A stretch of 63,301 nucleotides of DNA, the filler included, from an uncultured Gemmatimonadota bacterium (lineage in GTDB: Bacteria; GCA-2686955), in assembly GCA_964490075.1 (NCBI GenBank). It is 4 parts of 4 records of this genome, joined end to end, with 100 filler letters (N's around TTAATTAATTAA, not from the genome) between each part and the next. Parts side by side here need not be neighbours in the genome. Positions count along the whole stretch, not along the records: positions 18,277 to 35,461 come from CAZBBK010000087.1; 3 more parts are not named here. One strand, written 5' to 3'. The notes below the pieces were generated by a model, which did no database searches, was not told the origin of the DNA, and saw only the letters and a list, made by a program, of their open reading frames with translations. Both the position numbers and the translations under genes were made by a program. Shown here one piece after another: positions 18,938-28,825 of this stretch (within the stretch, counting starts at the first letter, position 1; each line of letters begins with the position of its first letter).

Positions 18938-20014
18938 TTGGCACCAGCGGAAGAGCGCGAGCAGAGCGACCCGGCGCTGCGCTTCGAGCGCCTGAGGCCG
19001 AAGCTGAGCGAGCCCTGGGACGAGTTCGTCCGCGCCCACCCGGCGGGCTCGGTCTACCACCTGAGCGGCTGGCAGCGCGCCGTGGCGCGCACCACCAGCT
19101 CCGAGGACGTGACGATTGTGGCGCTGCGCGGGGAGACGATCGCCGGCGGCGTCCCGCTCGGCCTGGTCCGCTCGCCCCTCTTCGGCACCTCGCTGGTGTC
19201 GGCGCCCTTCGCGACCGGCGGCGGCATCCTGGCCCGCTCGGCGGAGGTCCACCGCGCCCTGCGGAAGCGCTGCACCGCGCTCATGAACCAGACCCGCGCG
19301 AGCCACGTCGCCCTGCGCTACCAGCACGCGACCGGCGCCGACTCCGACCTGCCCGGCAGCGATCTCTACTGCGGCTTCGCGCGGCCCCTGCCGGCACGTC
19401 CCGAGGAATGCCCGGCGATGCTGCCGCGCAAGGCGCGCGCCGCCGCCCGCAAGGGCCTGAAGCTGGGGCTGGAAGCCCGCGTGGCGGAGCTCGACGAGGG
19501 CGTCCGCCATCTCTACGAGCTCTTCCGCGAGACCCAGCACGGCCTGGGCACCCCGGTGCTGCCGCGCGCCCTCTTGGAGGCGCTCGCCGCCGAGCCGGGG
19601 CTGCGCCCGGAGGTGCTCTTGATCGAGCACCAGGCCCGGGTGGTCGCCGCGGTGATGAGCTTCCACTTCGGCGATTGCGTGCTGCCCTACTACAGCGGCT
19701 ATGCCGGCGACGCCCGCGCGCTGCAGGTCGGCAACGTGCTCTACCTGGAGCTGATGAAGCACGAGACCGAGCGCGGCACCCGGCAGTTCGACTTCGGCCG
19801 CAGCCGCCGCGGCGCCGGCGCCTTCCGCTTCAAGTCCCACCAGGGCTTCACCCCGCTCCCGATGCCCTATCGTTTCCTGGTGCGCGACGGCGCCGCACCG
19901 CCCTCCCTGAACCCCTCCGCGCCCTCCTTCCGCCTGCCGATCGCGATCTGGAAGCGCCTGCCCCGCGCATTCGCCGACCGCCTGGGCCCGATGATCTCGC
20001 GGGGACTGCCTTGA
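18938..20014 (+). CDS. FemAB-like/GNAT protein of PEP-CTERM-associated EPS type
   Basis: WD.FV..HP...YH..GW, S.LFG.SLVS.PF..GG, LGTPV, VLPYY and FDFGRS motifs; start approximate. Confidence 0.8.
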   Translation: MAPAEEREQSDPALRFERLRPKLSEPWDEFVRAHPAGSVYHLSGWQRAVARTTSSEDVTIVALRGETIAGGVPLGLVRSPLFGTSLVSAPFATGGGILARSAEVHRALRKRCTALMNQTRASHVALRYQHATGADSDLPGSDLYCGFARPLPARPEECPAMLPRKARAAARKGLKLGLEARVAELDEGVRHLYELFRETQHGLGTPVLPRALLEALAAEPGLRPEVLLIEHQARVVAAVMSFHFGDCVLPYYSGYAGDARALQVGNVLYLELMKHETERGTRQFDFGRSRRGAGAFRFKSHQGFTPLPMPYRFLVRDGAAPPSLNPSAPSFRLPIAIWKRLPRAFADRLGPMISRGLP

Positions 20015-20067
20015 GGGCCGATAACTAATACTGGAAGGCTGTTGCGCACACGCGTGAGGACCCCCCG

Positions 20068-20838
20068 ATGAAAGTTGCCATCCTCGCCGGCGGCGTGGGA
20101 AGCCGGCTCTCCGAAGAGACCGCGGTCAAGCCGAAGCCCCTGGTCGAGATCGGTCCCTACCCGATCCTCTGGCATATCATGAAGCTCTATGCCCACTTCG
20201 GGCACGACGAGTTCGTCATCGCGCTCGGCTACAAGGGCGCGATGATCAAGAAATTCATGGTCGACTATGCATCTCTGGGCGGCGATCTGACCGTGCGCAT
20301 GGGGACCGGCGAGGTGGTGCAGCACGCCAACGCGCTGCCCGATTGGAAGGTCCACCTGGTCGATACCGGCCAGGAGACCCTCACCGGCGGGCGGATTCTG
20401 CGCCTGGCTCCCTTTCTGGACGACGGCACCTTCATGCTCACCTGGGGCGACGGCGTGGCCGACGTCGACCTCGCGCGCCTGGCCGAGTTCCACCGCTCGC
20501 ACGGCAAGCTGGCCACCCTCACGGCGGCGCGCCCGATCGCCCGCTTCGGCCACCTGGACCTGGACGGCGACCGGGTCATGGAGTTCTCCGAGAAGCCTCA
20601 GACCCGCGAAGGCTGGATCAACGGCGCCTTCTTCGTGCTCGAGCCGGGCATCTTCGACTACATCGAAGGGGACGACACTCAGTGGGAGCGCGGGCCGCTG
20701 GAGCGGCTGGCGGCGGACGGCGAGCTGATGGCCTACCGGCACGACTCGTTCTGGCAGTGCATGGACACCCTGCGCGACCGGCACCTGCTGAATACCTTGT
20801 GGGACAGCGGCAAGCCGCCCTGGAAGATGTGGGACTGA
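20068..20838 (+). CDS. rfbF: Glucose-1-phosphate cytidylyltransferase
   Basis: [37 protein letters not shown] and [10 protein letters not shown]. Confidence 0.93.
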   Translation: MKVAILAGGVGSRLSEETAVKPKPLVEIGPYPILWHIMKLYAHFGHDEFVIALGYKGAMIKKFMVDYASLGGDLTVRMGTGEVVQHANALPDWKVHLVDTGQETLTGGRILRLAPFLDDGTFMLTWGDGVADVDLARLAEFHRSHGKLATLTAARPIARFGHLDLDGDRVMEFSEKPQTREGWINGAFFVLEPGIFDYIEGDDTQWERGPLERLAADGELMAYRHDSFWQCMDTLRDRHLLNTLWDSGKPPWKMWD

Positions 20839-20842
20839 GCCG

Positions 20843-21904
20843 ATGCGAGTGCTGATCACGGGACACCTGGGCTATATCGGAGTGCTGCTGACCCCCATGG
20901 TGCGCGCCGCCGGCCACCAGGTGGTCGGGCTCGACAGCGACCTCTACGCCGACTCGGTCTTCGGCGAGCTCGGCGAGCCGGTCGAGACGATTCGCAAAGA
21001 CGTGCGCGACGTCGACCCGGCCGATCTCGAGGGCTTCGACGCGGTGCTGCACCTGGCCGGCCTCTCGAACGATCCCCTGGGCGATCTCGATCCCGAGCTC
21101 ACGCTGGCGATCAACCACCGCGCCTCGGTGAAGCTGGCCCGGCTCGCCAAGCAGGCCGGCGTGCGCCGCTTCGTCTTCTCCTCGTCGTGCAGCTCCTACG
21201 GGTCGGCCGGCCAGGAATGGGTCGACGAGTCCTCGCCGCTCCGGCCGGTGACCGTCTACGGGCGCTCCAAGATCGCCGCCGAGGAGCAGATCGGCGCCCT
21301 CGGCGACGCCGGTTTCGCGCCCACCTTCCTGCGCAACGCCACCGCCTACGGCTACTCGGCGCTGCTGCGCTTCGACCTGGTGGTGAACAACCTGGTGGCC
21401 TGGGCCTTCACCACCGGCCGCGTGCACCTCAAGAGCGACGGCTCCGCGTGGCGTCCCCTGGTGCACATCGAAGACATCGCCCGGGCCTTCCTGGCGGTGC
21501 TCCACGCGCCGGTCGAGAAGGTCGCGGGACGGGCCTTCAACGTCGGCGGAAGCGACGAGAACTACCGGGTGCGCGAGGTCGCCGAGATCGTCCGCGAGGT
21601 GGTTCCGGGCAGCCGGGTCGACTACGCGCCGGGCGGCTGCGCCGACAAGCGTTGCTACCGCGTGAAATGTGACGCGATCCAGGAAGCATTGCCGGAGCTC
21701 AGGCCGCGGTGGACGGTGCGCAAGGGGGCCGAGGAGCTCTACCAGGCCTATCAACGCTACGGTCTGGAGCTGGAGGAGTTCGAAGGACCGCGCTACCGGC
21801 GCGTCGACCACATTCGCGCGCTGATGGCCAGCGGCCGGCTGGACGCCGCGCTGCGCTGGACCGGGGCCGGTCGCCCGGCCGAGGGGGACGCCGATCGTGC
21901 CTGA
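20843..21904 (+). CDS. NAD-dependent epimerase/dehydratase (extended SDR)
   Basis: [22 protein letters not shown] and YGRSK. Confidence 0.9.
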   Translation: MRVLITGHLGYIGVLLTPMVRAAGHQVVGLDSDLYADSVFGELGEPVETIRKDVRDVDPADLEGFDAVLHLAGLSNDPLGDLDPELTLAINHRASVKLARLAKQAGVRRFVFSSSCSSYGSAGQEWVDESSPLRPVTVYGRSKIAAEEQIGALGDAGFAPTFLRNATAYGYSALLRFDLVVNNLVAWAFTTGRVHLKSDGSAWRPLVHIEDIARAFLAVLHAPVEKVAGRAFNVGGSDENYRVREVAEIVREVVPGSRVDYAPGGCADKRCYRVKCDAIQEALPELRPRWTVRKGAEELYQAYQRYGLELEEFEGPRYRRVDHIRALMASGRLDAALRWTGAGRPAEGDADRA

Positions 21905-23144
21905 GACCACCCTGGTCGGCGACCTGGTCGAAGGCTGCCGCTCGTGCGGCGCCGCCGGGCTCGAGACCGTGCTCTCGCTCGGCGTCGTGCCGCTGGCCGA
22001 CCGGCTGATCGCGGAGCACCAGCTCGACCAGCCCGAGCCCCTGGCCGCCCTCGACCTGGCCTTCTGCCCGCGCTGCGCCCTGGTGCAGATCGACCGCACG
22101 GTGCCCGCCGAGCTGCTCTTCAACGAGGACTACCCCTACTTTTCGTCGGTCTCCGACGCCCTCCTGGAGCACTCGCGGCGCAACGCCGAAGAGCTCCGCG
22201 AGCTGCTGGCGCTGGGGGCCGGGAGCTTCGTCGTCGAGCTGGCCAGCAACGACGGCTACATGCTGCGCAACTTCGTCGCCAGGCAGATCCCGGTGCTCGG
22301 CATCGACCCTTCGAGCGCCCCCTGCGAGGCCGCCGAGCGGGCCGGCATCCCGGTCATGTGTCGCTTCTTCGACCTGCCGCTGGCCGAGCGTATCGTGGCC
22401 GAACGCGGGCGCGCCGACCTGGTCATCGCCAACAACGTTCTGGCGCACGTCGGCGACCTCAACGGCTTCGTGGCCGGCATCGCCCGACTGCTCTCCGACG
22501 AGGGCCTGGCGGTGATCGAAGCGCCCTACCTGGTCGACCTGGTCGCCGGCACCCAGTTCGACACCATCTATCATCAGCACCTGTGCTACTTCTCGGTGTC
22601 GGCGCTCGACCCGCTCTTCGCGCGCCACGGACTGTCGCTGAATCGGGTGCGCCGCCTGTCGATCCACGGCGGATCGCTCCGGCTCTACGTAGGGCGCAAG
22701 CCGGGCGCCCGGCGCTCGGTGGGCGAGCTGCTCGACCAGGAGGCCACCCTCGGTCTCACCACCCGCGCCTACTACCGATCGTTCGCCGACCGGGCGGCGC
22801 ACGTTCGCCGCGAGCTCGGCGAGCTGCTGCGGCGGCTGCGCGCGAGCGGCGCGCGCATCGCCGCCTACGGGGCGGCGGCCAAGGCGGCGACACTGATGGC
22901 CTACTGCGGCGTCGACCGCGGTTGCATCGACTACGTGGTCGACAAGAACCCTTTCAAGCACGGCAAGCGGATGGGCGGCAACCGGCTGCCGATCGAGCCG
23001 GTGGAGCGGCTCGAAAGCGACCGCCCCGACTACGTGCTGCTGCTGGCCTGGAACTTCGCCGACGAGATCCTGCGCCAGCAACAGAATTATGTGGAGGGCG
23101 GCGGCAAGTTCATCGTGCCGATCCCGGAGCCGAAGATCCTGTGA
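21897..23144 (+). CDS. NDP-hexose C-methyltransferase family protein
   Basis: CRSCG and CPRC Zn motifs, [32 protein letters not shown] and LAWNFADEI. Confidence 0.88.
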   Translation: MPETTLVGDLVEGCRSCGAAGLETVLSLGVVPLADRLIAEHQLDQPEPLAALDLAFCPRCALVQIDRTVPAELLFNEDYPYFSSVSDALLEHSRRNAEELRELLALGAGSFVVELASNDGYMLRNFVARQIPVLGIDPSSAPCEAAERAGIPVMCRFFDLPLAERIVAERGRADLVIANNVLAHVGDLNGFVAGIARLLSDEGLAVIEAPYLVDLVAGTQFDTIYHQHLCYFSVSALDPLFARHGLSLNRVRRLSIHGGSLRLYVGRKPGARRSVGELLDQEATLGLTTRAYYRSFADRAAHVRRELGELLRRLRASGARIAAYGAAAKAATLMAYCGVDRGCIDYVVDKNPFKHGKRMGGNRLPIEPVERLESDRPDYVLLLAWNFADEILRQQQNYVEGGGKFIVPIPEPKIL

Positions 23145-24331
23145 GCGCGCACCCCTCCCCGCCGCGCTGCCCCTGCTGCGAAGCCGCCCCCCTCGAGCCC
23201 TTCTACCGGGCGCTCGACGTGCCGGTCCACAGCTGCTCGCTGCTGGCCGACCGCGGCGCCGCGCTGGCCTTTCCGCGCGGCCGGATCGAGCTGGCCCATT
23301 GCGCCGCCTGCGGCTTCGTCTCCAACATCGCTTTCGACCCCGCGCTGCTCCACTACGACCCCGGCTACGAGGATCAGCAGACCTTCTCGCCGACCTTCAA
23401 CCGCTTCTCCGACCGCCTGGCGGCCGACCTGGTGGCGCGCTACGGCCTGCGCGACGCCACCGTGGTCGAGGCCGGCTGCGGCAAGGGCGATTTCCTGCGC
23501 GCGCTCTGCCTGGCCGGGGCGGCGCGCGGCATCGGCATCGATCCGGCGGTGATTCCCGGGCGCCTGAGCGGTCCCGCGGCGGAGCGCGTCGAGCTGATCG
23601 CCGAGCATCTGTCGGCCGACCACGAGCGGCTGCGCGCCGACCTGGTCTGCACCCGCAACACTCTCGAGCATATCGACCGCCCGGCCGAGTTCGCGCACAC
23701 CCTGCGACGGATGTGCGGCGAGCGCCTCGACAGCGCACTCTTCGTCGAGGTGCCGGCGCTGGGGCGGGTGCTGGACGAAGCGGCGTTCTGGGATGTCTAC
23801 TACGAGCACTGCTCCTACTTCACGCCCGGCTCGATGGCGCGCCTGCTGCGGCGCTCGCGCTTCGAGATCACCGATCTCGGCCTCGACTACGACGATCAGT
23901 ATCTGTTGCTGCACGCCCGCCCCGCCGCGTCCGCCGCATCCGCGGCCCATCACGCCGAGGAGCCGCCCGGCGCCTACGCGGCCGCCGTGGGCTCCTTCGC
24001 CGCCCGGGTGCGCTCGCGGCTCGACGCGTGGGACGAGAAACTGTCGCGCTGGTCGGCCGCCGGGCGGAGAATCGCGGTCTGGGGCTCCGGCTCGAAATGT
24101 GTCGCGTTCTTGAGCGCCCTGCGGGACTCCAGCCCGGTGCGCCAGATCGTCGACATCAACCCGCACCGCCAGGGCAAGTTCCTGCCCGGTATCGGAGCAC
24201 CGATCATCGCCCCCGCCGAGCTCGGCGCCGAGCCCCCCGACCAGGTCGTGGTCATGAACCCGATCTACCTCTCCGAGATCCGGCGCATGCTCGACGATCT
24301 CTCGCTCCGACCGGAGCTGGAGGCGCTCTAG
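23141..24331 (+). CDS. SAM-dependent C-methyltransferase-like protein
   Basis: CPCC and [40 protein letters not shown] and VMNPIY. Confidence 0.82.
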   Translation: MSAHPSPPRCPCCEAAPLEPFYRALDVPVHSCSLLADRGAALAFPRGRIELAHCAACGFVSNIAFDPALLHYDPGYEDQQTFSPTFNRFSDRLAADLVARYGLRDATVVEAGCGKGDFLRALCLAGAARGIGIDPAVIPGRLSGPAAERVELIAEHLSADHERLRADLVCTRNTLEHIDRPAEFAHTLRRMCGERLDSALFVEVPALGRVLDEAAFWDVYYEHCSYFTPGSMARLLRRSRFEITDLGLDYDDQYLLLHARPAASAASAAHHAEEPPGAYAAAVGSFAARVRSRLDAWDEKLSRWSAAGRRIAVWGSGSKCVAFLSALRDSSPVRQIVDINPHRQGKFLPGIGAPIIAPAELGAEPPDQVVVMNPIYLSEIRRMLDDLSLRPELEAL

Positions 24332-25504
24332 TTGACTGCCATCGGCCGCCTCTGCCCGGGCTGCGCGGCTCCCTCTCCCGCGGCGCTCTTCCGGCTCGAA
24401 AGCGTGCCGGTGCTCTGCAACGCCTTGCTCGAGAGCGCCGCCGCCGCCCGCGCCGTGCCCCGCGCCGACATCGACCTGGTCGCCTGCCGGCGCTGCGCCC
24501 TGCTCTGGAACCCCCTCTTCGACCCCGCGGCGCTCCACTACGGCCCCGCCTACGGCAACCCGCTCGACTGCTCCCCGACCTTCCGCGCCCACCAGGACCG
24601 GTTGGTCGCGCTGCTGCGCGCCCGCCGCGCGCTCGAAGGCAAGACGATTCTGGAAATCGGCTGCGGCACGGGCGGATTCCTGCGCGCGCTCTGCCGCGCA
24701 TGCGGCGCCCACGGCATCGGCATCGACCCCGGCGGCGCAAACCACGACGAGCACCTGGAACGCGGCAGCTTGCGGCTGATCCGCGCCGCCTACCCGGCGC
24801 CGGATCTCGATCTCGAGACCGAGCTGATCTGTTGCCGCCACGTGCTGGAGCACGTGGCCGACCCGGGCACTTTCCTCGAGCGTCTGCGCCACGATCTGAC
24901 GCCAAGCGGAACGCTGCTCCTCGAAGTTCCGAACGCCGCCCACATGCTCGAAACCGGCTCCCTCGGCGACCTGATCTACGAACACTGTCTCTACTTCGAC
25001 GCGCACGCCCTGCGCGCGCTCGCCGAACGCCGCGGCTACACCGTCGAGCGGATCGACGAGCATTTCGGCCGCCAGTTCCTGGTGCTCCTCGCCGCTCCGG
25101 GTCCGCCGCCCCCCCGCGCCTCGCCCGCCACTCCCGCGCCGTCCCCCGCCCTCGACTCCTCGTTCGCCGCCCGCGCGGGGGCGCGCCTGGCCGAGTGGCG
25201 CCGCGGCGTCGCGTCCGCCGCGGCCGCCGGCCGCCGGCTCGCGGTCTGGGGCATCGGCTCCAAGGGAGTGACATTCCTGAACCTGGTGCGCGACGCCGGC
25301 CCGATCGCCGCCGTGGTCGACATCAACCCCGCCAAGCAGGGCAAGTTCGTCCCCGGCACCGGCCACGCGGTGTGCTCACCGGCGCGGCTGCGCGAAAGCC
25401 CGGTCGAAACGGTTCTGGTGATGAACCCGCGCTACCGGGGCGAGGTCGAGGCCGAGCTGCGCAGCCTCGGCCTCCCCTGCGATGTCGACGCGGTGCTCGG
25501 ATGA
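24332..25504 (+). CDS. SAM-dependent C-methyltransferase-like protein (paralog)
   Basis: CPGC and CRRC, EIGCGTG, HVLEHV, YEHCLYF, WGIGSKG, DINP.KQG and VMNP. Confidence 0.82.
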   Translation: MTAIGRLCPGCAAPSPAALFRLESVPVLCNALLESAAAARAVPRADIDLVACRRCALLWNPLFDPAALHYGPAYGNPLDCSPTFRAHQDRLVALLRARRALEGKTILEIGCGTGGFLRALCRACGAHGIGIDPGGANHDEHLERGSLRLIRAAYPAPDLDLETELICCRHVLEHVADPGTFLERLRHDLTPSGTLLLEVPNAAHMLETGSLGDLIYEHCLYFDAHALRALAERRGYTVERIDEHFGRQFLVLLAAPGPPPPRASPATPAPSPALDSSFAARAGARLAEWRRGVASAAAAGRRLAVWGIGSKGVTFLNLVRDAGPIAAVVDINPAKQGKFVPGTGHAVCSPARLRESPVETVLVMNPRYRGEVEAELRSLGLPCDVDAVLG

Positions 25505-25521
25505 CGCTCGTGCTCGGATCC

Positions 25522-26556
25522 TCAGTCCGGCTCCACCCGATACTCGTGCACCCGCACCGCGCAGCGATGGGCGATGATCCCGACCGATCCCCGCACCAGC
25601 TCCCCGTCGTCGGCCGCCGCCACCACCCGCGGCCGCCGCGGCGGGCCTCCGCCCGCCCGCCACACGCTCAACACGTGCCGCTCGGCGCCGACCCGCAGCC
25701 GGAACCAGTAGTGCCTGCCCAGCTTCAGCTCCGAGAGCACCGCCTGCAGACCCGCCCGGTGCAGCACCTGCGAACGCCAGCGCCGCACCAGGCTGAGCGG
25801 CGCCTGACCGAGCAGCCGATCCCCCACCTTGCGCCCGTCGGCGTCGTAGTGCACCCGCTCGCCGACCCGGATCCGCAGCCCCGGCCCGTACGAGCAGTAG
25901 TAGCCCAGACCGGTGCTCCAGGTGTTCGGAATCGTCGTCCCGTCGCCCAGGTCGTGACAGTTCCACTTGTAGAGGATCCCGACGTTGTGCGGACCGGTGA
26001 GCTCGTGCACCGAGATCCGCATCGAAACCGTGTAGCCATCGCTCCAGTCGCGGCGCCCGAAGAGCACGATCCGATCGTAGCCGGTGTCGGCCGACGCGAT
26101 CTCCAGACAGCGAGCACCCGAGCGGTCGCGACCGATGCTCCAGCGCCCGTCGACCACCTGCGCCACCTCCTCCGCGCCGCGCACCCCCTCCAGGTCGAGC
26201 TCGAATCGCTCTCCTTCGAATTCCCGGCAGCGAAATCGGAGCTCTCGCTGGGAGGTCGCGCCATCTTTGCGCACCAGCCACAGCCGCAAGCGATTGTCGC
26301 CACCGCCGCGGTCGAGCTCCTGGAGGTCGATCGAGTCGACGCCGAACACACCGGCCCGGTCGAGCCGCATCCCCTCATCGTCCTCCCTCTGCAACACCAC
26401 CGGCCGCCGCTCCGAGCCGTTCAGCGAGTAGCCGAGCTCGCGCACCCCCGCCACCTCGCGCACTCGCCCCAGCAGGTTGAAGTTCGGCAGCGCCCCGACC
26501 CGCACCACGCCGCCCTGGCTCAGGTTCCAGATCTCGAGCTGGTCGTCGCGAAACAC
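25522..26556 (-). CDS. Hypothetical beta-rich protein (possible ConA/laminin-G-like C-domain)
   Basis: Long ORF with plausible composition filling the gap; TGYDRIVLFG..DWSDGY and GSVGI; start uncertain. Confidence 0.55.
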   Translation of the reverse strand: MFRDDQLEIWNLSQGGVVRVGALPNFNLLGRVREVAGVRELGYSLNGSERRPVVLQREDDEGMRLDRAGVFGVDSIDLQELDRGGGDNRLRLWLVRKDGATSQRELRFRCREFEGERFELDLEGVRGAEEVAQVVDGRWSIGRDRSGARCLEIASADTGYDRIVLFGRRDWSDGYTVSMRISVHELTGPHNVGILYKWNCHDLGDGTTIPNTWSTGLGYYCSYGPGLRIRVGERVHYDADGRKVGDRLLGQAPLSLVRRWRSQVLHRAGLQAVLSELKLGRHYWFRLRVGAERHVLSVWRAGGGPPRRPRVVAAADDGELVRGSVGIIAHRCAVRVHEYRVEPD

Positions 26557-26621
26557 GCTGCCTCCCGCTACGCCGCCCGCCACGCCGCCCGCGGCGGAAG
26601 CGCCACGCCGGTGTCCGCCCC

Positions 26622-27578
26622 ATGAGCGCCGCACGCGACCCGGCGCGCCGCCACCCCCCGCCCATCGCGTCGATCGACCCCTGTCCCCCCGCGCCCCATC
26701 CGCGCCACGCCCTCACGGTCGACCTCGAGGACTACTACCAGGTCAGCGCCCTGGAGCCCTTCGTCGCGCGCGCCGACTGGACGCGCCATCCACCGCGCGT
26801 CGAGGCCAACACCGAACGCCTGCTCGACCTCTTCGAGCGCCGCCGGGTGCGCGCCACCTTCTTCGTGCTCGGCTACGAAGCCGAAGAGCGCCCGGCGCTG
26901 ATCCGGACGATCGCCGCGCGCGGCCACGAGCTCGCCTGCCACGGCTACGACCATCGGCTGCTCACACGCATCGACCCAGAGACCTTTCGTGCCGATCTGC
27001 GCCGTGGAAAAGCCGCGATCGAGGACGCCGCGGGCGAGCGGGTAAGTGGGTTTCGAGCACCGAGCTACTCTATCACGCGCTCCTCGCTGTGGGCCCTCGA
27101 GGTCCTGGCCGACGAGGGCTTCGCCTTCGACTCCAGCATCTTTCCGGTCCGCCACCCCTGTTACGGCATCGCCGCCCATCCGCGCTTCCTGCACCGCCTG
27201 CAGCTCGAATCCGGCCGCTCGCTGATCGAGCTCCCCCCCACCACGCTGCGCCTGGCGGGCATCAACCTCCCCGCCGCCGGCGGCGCCTACCTGCGCCAGC
27301 TCCCCTGGCGCTTCGTCGACCTCGCCTTGCGCCGCTCCGCGCGCCGCCACGGCATGCCGGGCCTGCTCTACCTGCACCCCTGGGAGATCGACCCCGACCA
27401 GCCCCGCATCGCCACCGACCGGCTCACCGGCATCCGCCACTACCGCGGCCTGGCGGCGATGCACGCCAAGATCGACCGCCTGCTCGGCCGGCTGGAATTC
27501 GCGCCGATGGGCGAGATCATCGAGTCCGCGTTTGGACCCCCTACCCCCGCCCCCGGCCCCGGCCCCAGCTCGCCATGA
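26622..27578 (+). CDS. Polysaccharide deacetylase (DUF3473/PEP-CTERM-associated type)
   Basis: TVDLEDYYQV, ATFFVLG, HELACHGYDH, GFRAPSYS, AGGAYLR and YLHPWEIDPDQPR. Confidence 0.9.
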   Translation: MSAARDPARRHPPPIASIDPCPPAPHPRHALTVDLEDYYQVSALEPFVARADWTRHPPRVEANTERLLDLFERRRVRATFFVLGYEAEERPALIRTIAARGHELACHGYDHRLLTRIDPETFRADLRRGKAAIEDAAGERVSGFRAPSYSITRSSLWALEVLADEGFAFDSSIFPVRHPCYGIAAHPRFLHRLQLESGRSLIELPPTTLRLAGINLPAAGGAYLRQLPWRFVDLALRRSARRHGMPGLLYLHPWEIDPDQPRIATDRLTGIRHYRGLAAMHAKIDRLLGRLEFAPMGEIIESAFGPPTPAPGPGPSSP

Positions 27579-28825
27579 GGATCTACTACCTGGCCCACCG
27601 GATCCCCCATCCGCCCGACAAGGGCGAGAAGATCCGCGCCTACCACCAGCTCCGCCACCTGGCCCGGCGCCACGAGGTGACCCTCGCCACCCACGTCGAG
27701 GCGGAGCGCGATCGGGTGAGCGTGGCGGCGCTCGAGCAGTGGTGCCGGCGCGTCGACTGGGCCCCGCGGCCGACCGGCGCGCGGCTGACGCCGAGGCTCG
27801 GACGGGCGCTCGCGAGCGGCCGGCCCCTGAGCTTCGCCGCCTTCGCCACCGCCGCGCTGCACGCCAAGGTGCAGGCCGCCCTGGAGCGCGAGCGCTACGA
27901 CCTGATCTTCTGCTACGGCGCGGCGATGGCCCCCTACGTTCTCGACCGCCGCCACACCCCCCGGGTGATCGACTTCGTCGACGCCGACTCGGCCAAGTGG
28001 CGCGCCCTGGCGGCCTCCGGAGCGTTCCCCCTGCGCCCCCTCTACTCCCTCGAGGCGCAGCGCGTCGCCCGCGCCGAGGCCGACATCCTGGCCGAGCTCG
28101 ACCAGGGAATCGTCGCCTGCGAGGGCGAGCGCGACGACCTGGGGCGCGGCGCGCGGACCACGCCCCCGGTCCACCCGGTCGCCGTCCTCGGCAACGGCGT
28201 CGACCTCGACTACTTCCGCCCCGACGCGCCGGACACGCGGCCGATCGCCGAGCGCGAGCCGCTGGTGGTCTTCACCGGGGTCATGGACTACGCGCCCAAT
28301 GCCGCCGGTATGCTGCGTTTCGTTCGCGAGATCCTGCCCCGTGTGCGCCGCGGCCTGCCGGCGACCCGCCTCGCCATCGTCGGCCGCAACCCGAGCCCCG
28401 CCGTCCGCCGCCTGGCCCGCGTTCCCGGCGTCGAGGTCACGGGTGAAGTGCCGGACGTGCGCCCCTACCTGCGCCGCGCCGCCGCCGCCGTGGTCCCCCT
28501 GCAGCTCTCGCGCGGGGTGCAGAACAAGCTGCTCGAGGCCGCCGCCATGGGGCTGCCCGCCGTGGTCAGCGCGCGGGTGGCCGCCGGAACCGCCCTCGAG
28601 CCGGGGCGCGACCTGCTGGTGGCCGACGACCCCGAGCCCTGTGCCGCGGCCCTGACGCGGATCTTGAGCGATCGTCCCTTCGCCGCCGCGCTGGGGGGGC
28701 GGGCGCGCCGGGCGGTGGAGCTGCGCCATCGCTGGGATCCGATCTTGGAGCGCCTGGAAGAGTTGATTGAGGGGGTTGAGCAGCGCTTTTCGTCCGCACG
28801 ACGCCGCACGGAGCTGAAGGGTTGA
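27575..28825 (+). CDS. Glycosyltransferase family 4, PEP-CTERM/XrtA-associated sugar transferase type
   Basis: LAHRIPHPPDKGEKIR, DFVDADSAKW, FTGVMDY.PN and RGVQNKLLEA. Confidence 0.88.
   Translation: MRIYYLAHRIPHPPDKGEKIRAYHQLRHLARRHEVTLATHVEAERDRVSVAALEQWCRRVDWAPRPTGARLTPRLGRALASGRPLSFAAFATAALHAKVQAALERERYDLIFCYGAAMAPYVLDRRHTPRVIDFVDADSAKWRALAASGAFPLRPLYSLEAQRVARAEADILAELDQGIVACEGERDDLGRGARTTPPVHPVAVLGNGVDLDYFRPDAPDTRPIAEREPLVVFTGVMDYAPNAAGMLRFVREILPRVRRGLPATRLAIVGRNPSPAVRRLARVPGVEVTGEVPDVRPYLRRAAAAVVPLQLSRGVQNKLLEAAAMGLPAVVSARVAAGTALEPGRDLLVADDPEPCAAALTRILSDRPFAAALGGRARRAVELRHRWDPILERLEELIEGVEQRFSSARRRTELKG

Noticed and set aside
23089-26625. 1178-aa ORF and similar long Arg/Pro/Ala-rich ORFs (e.g. 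15517-18228, 57232-60387, 38002-40659)
   Set aside because: Shadow frames of real genes in high-GC DNA; no motifs and biased composition.
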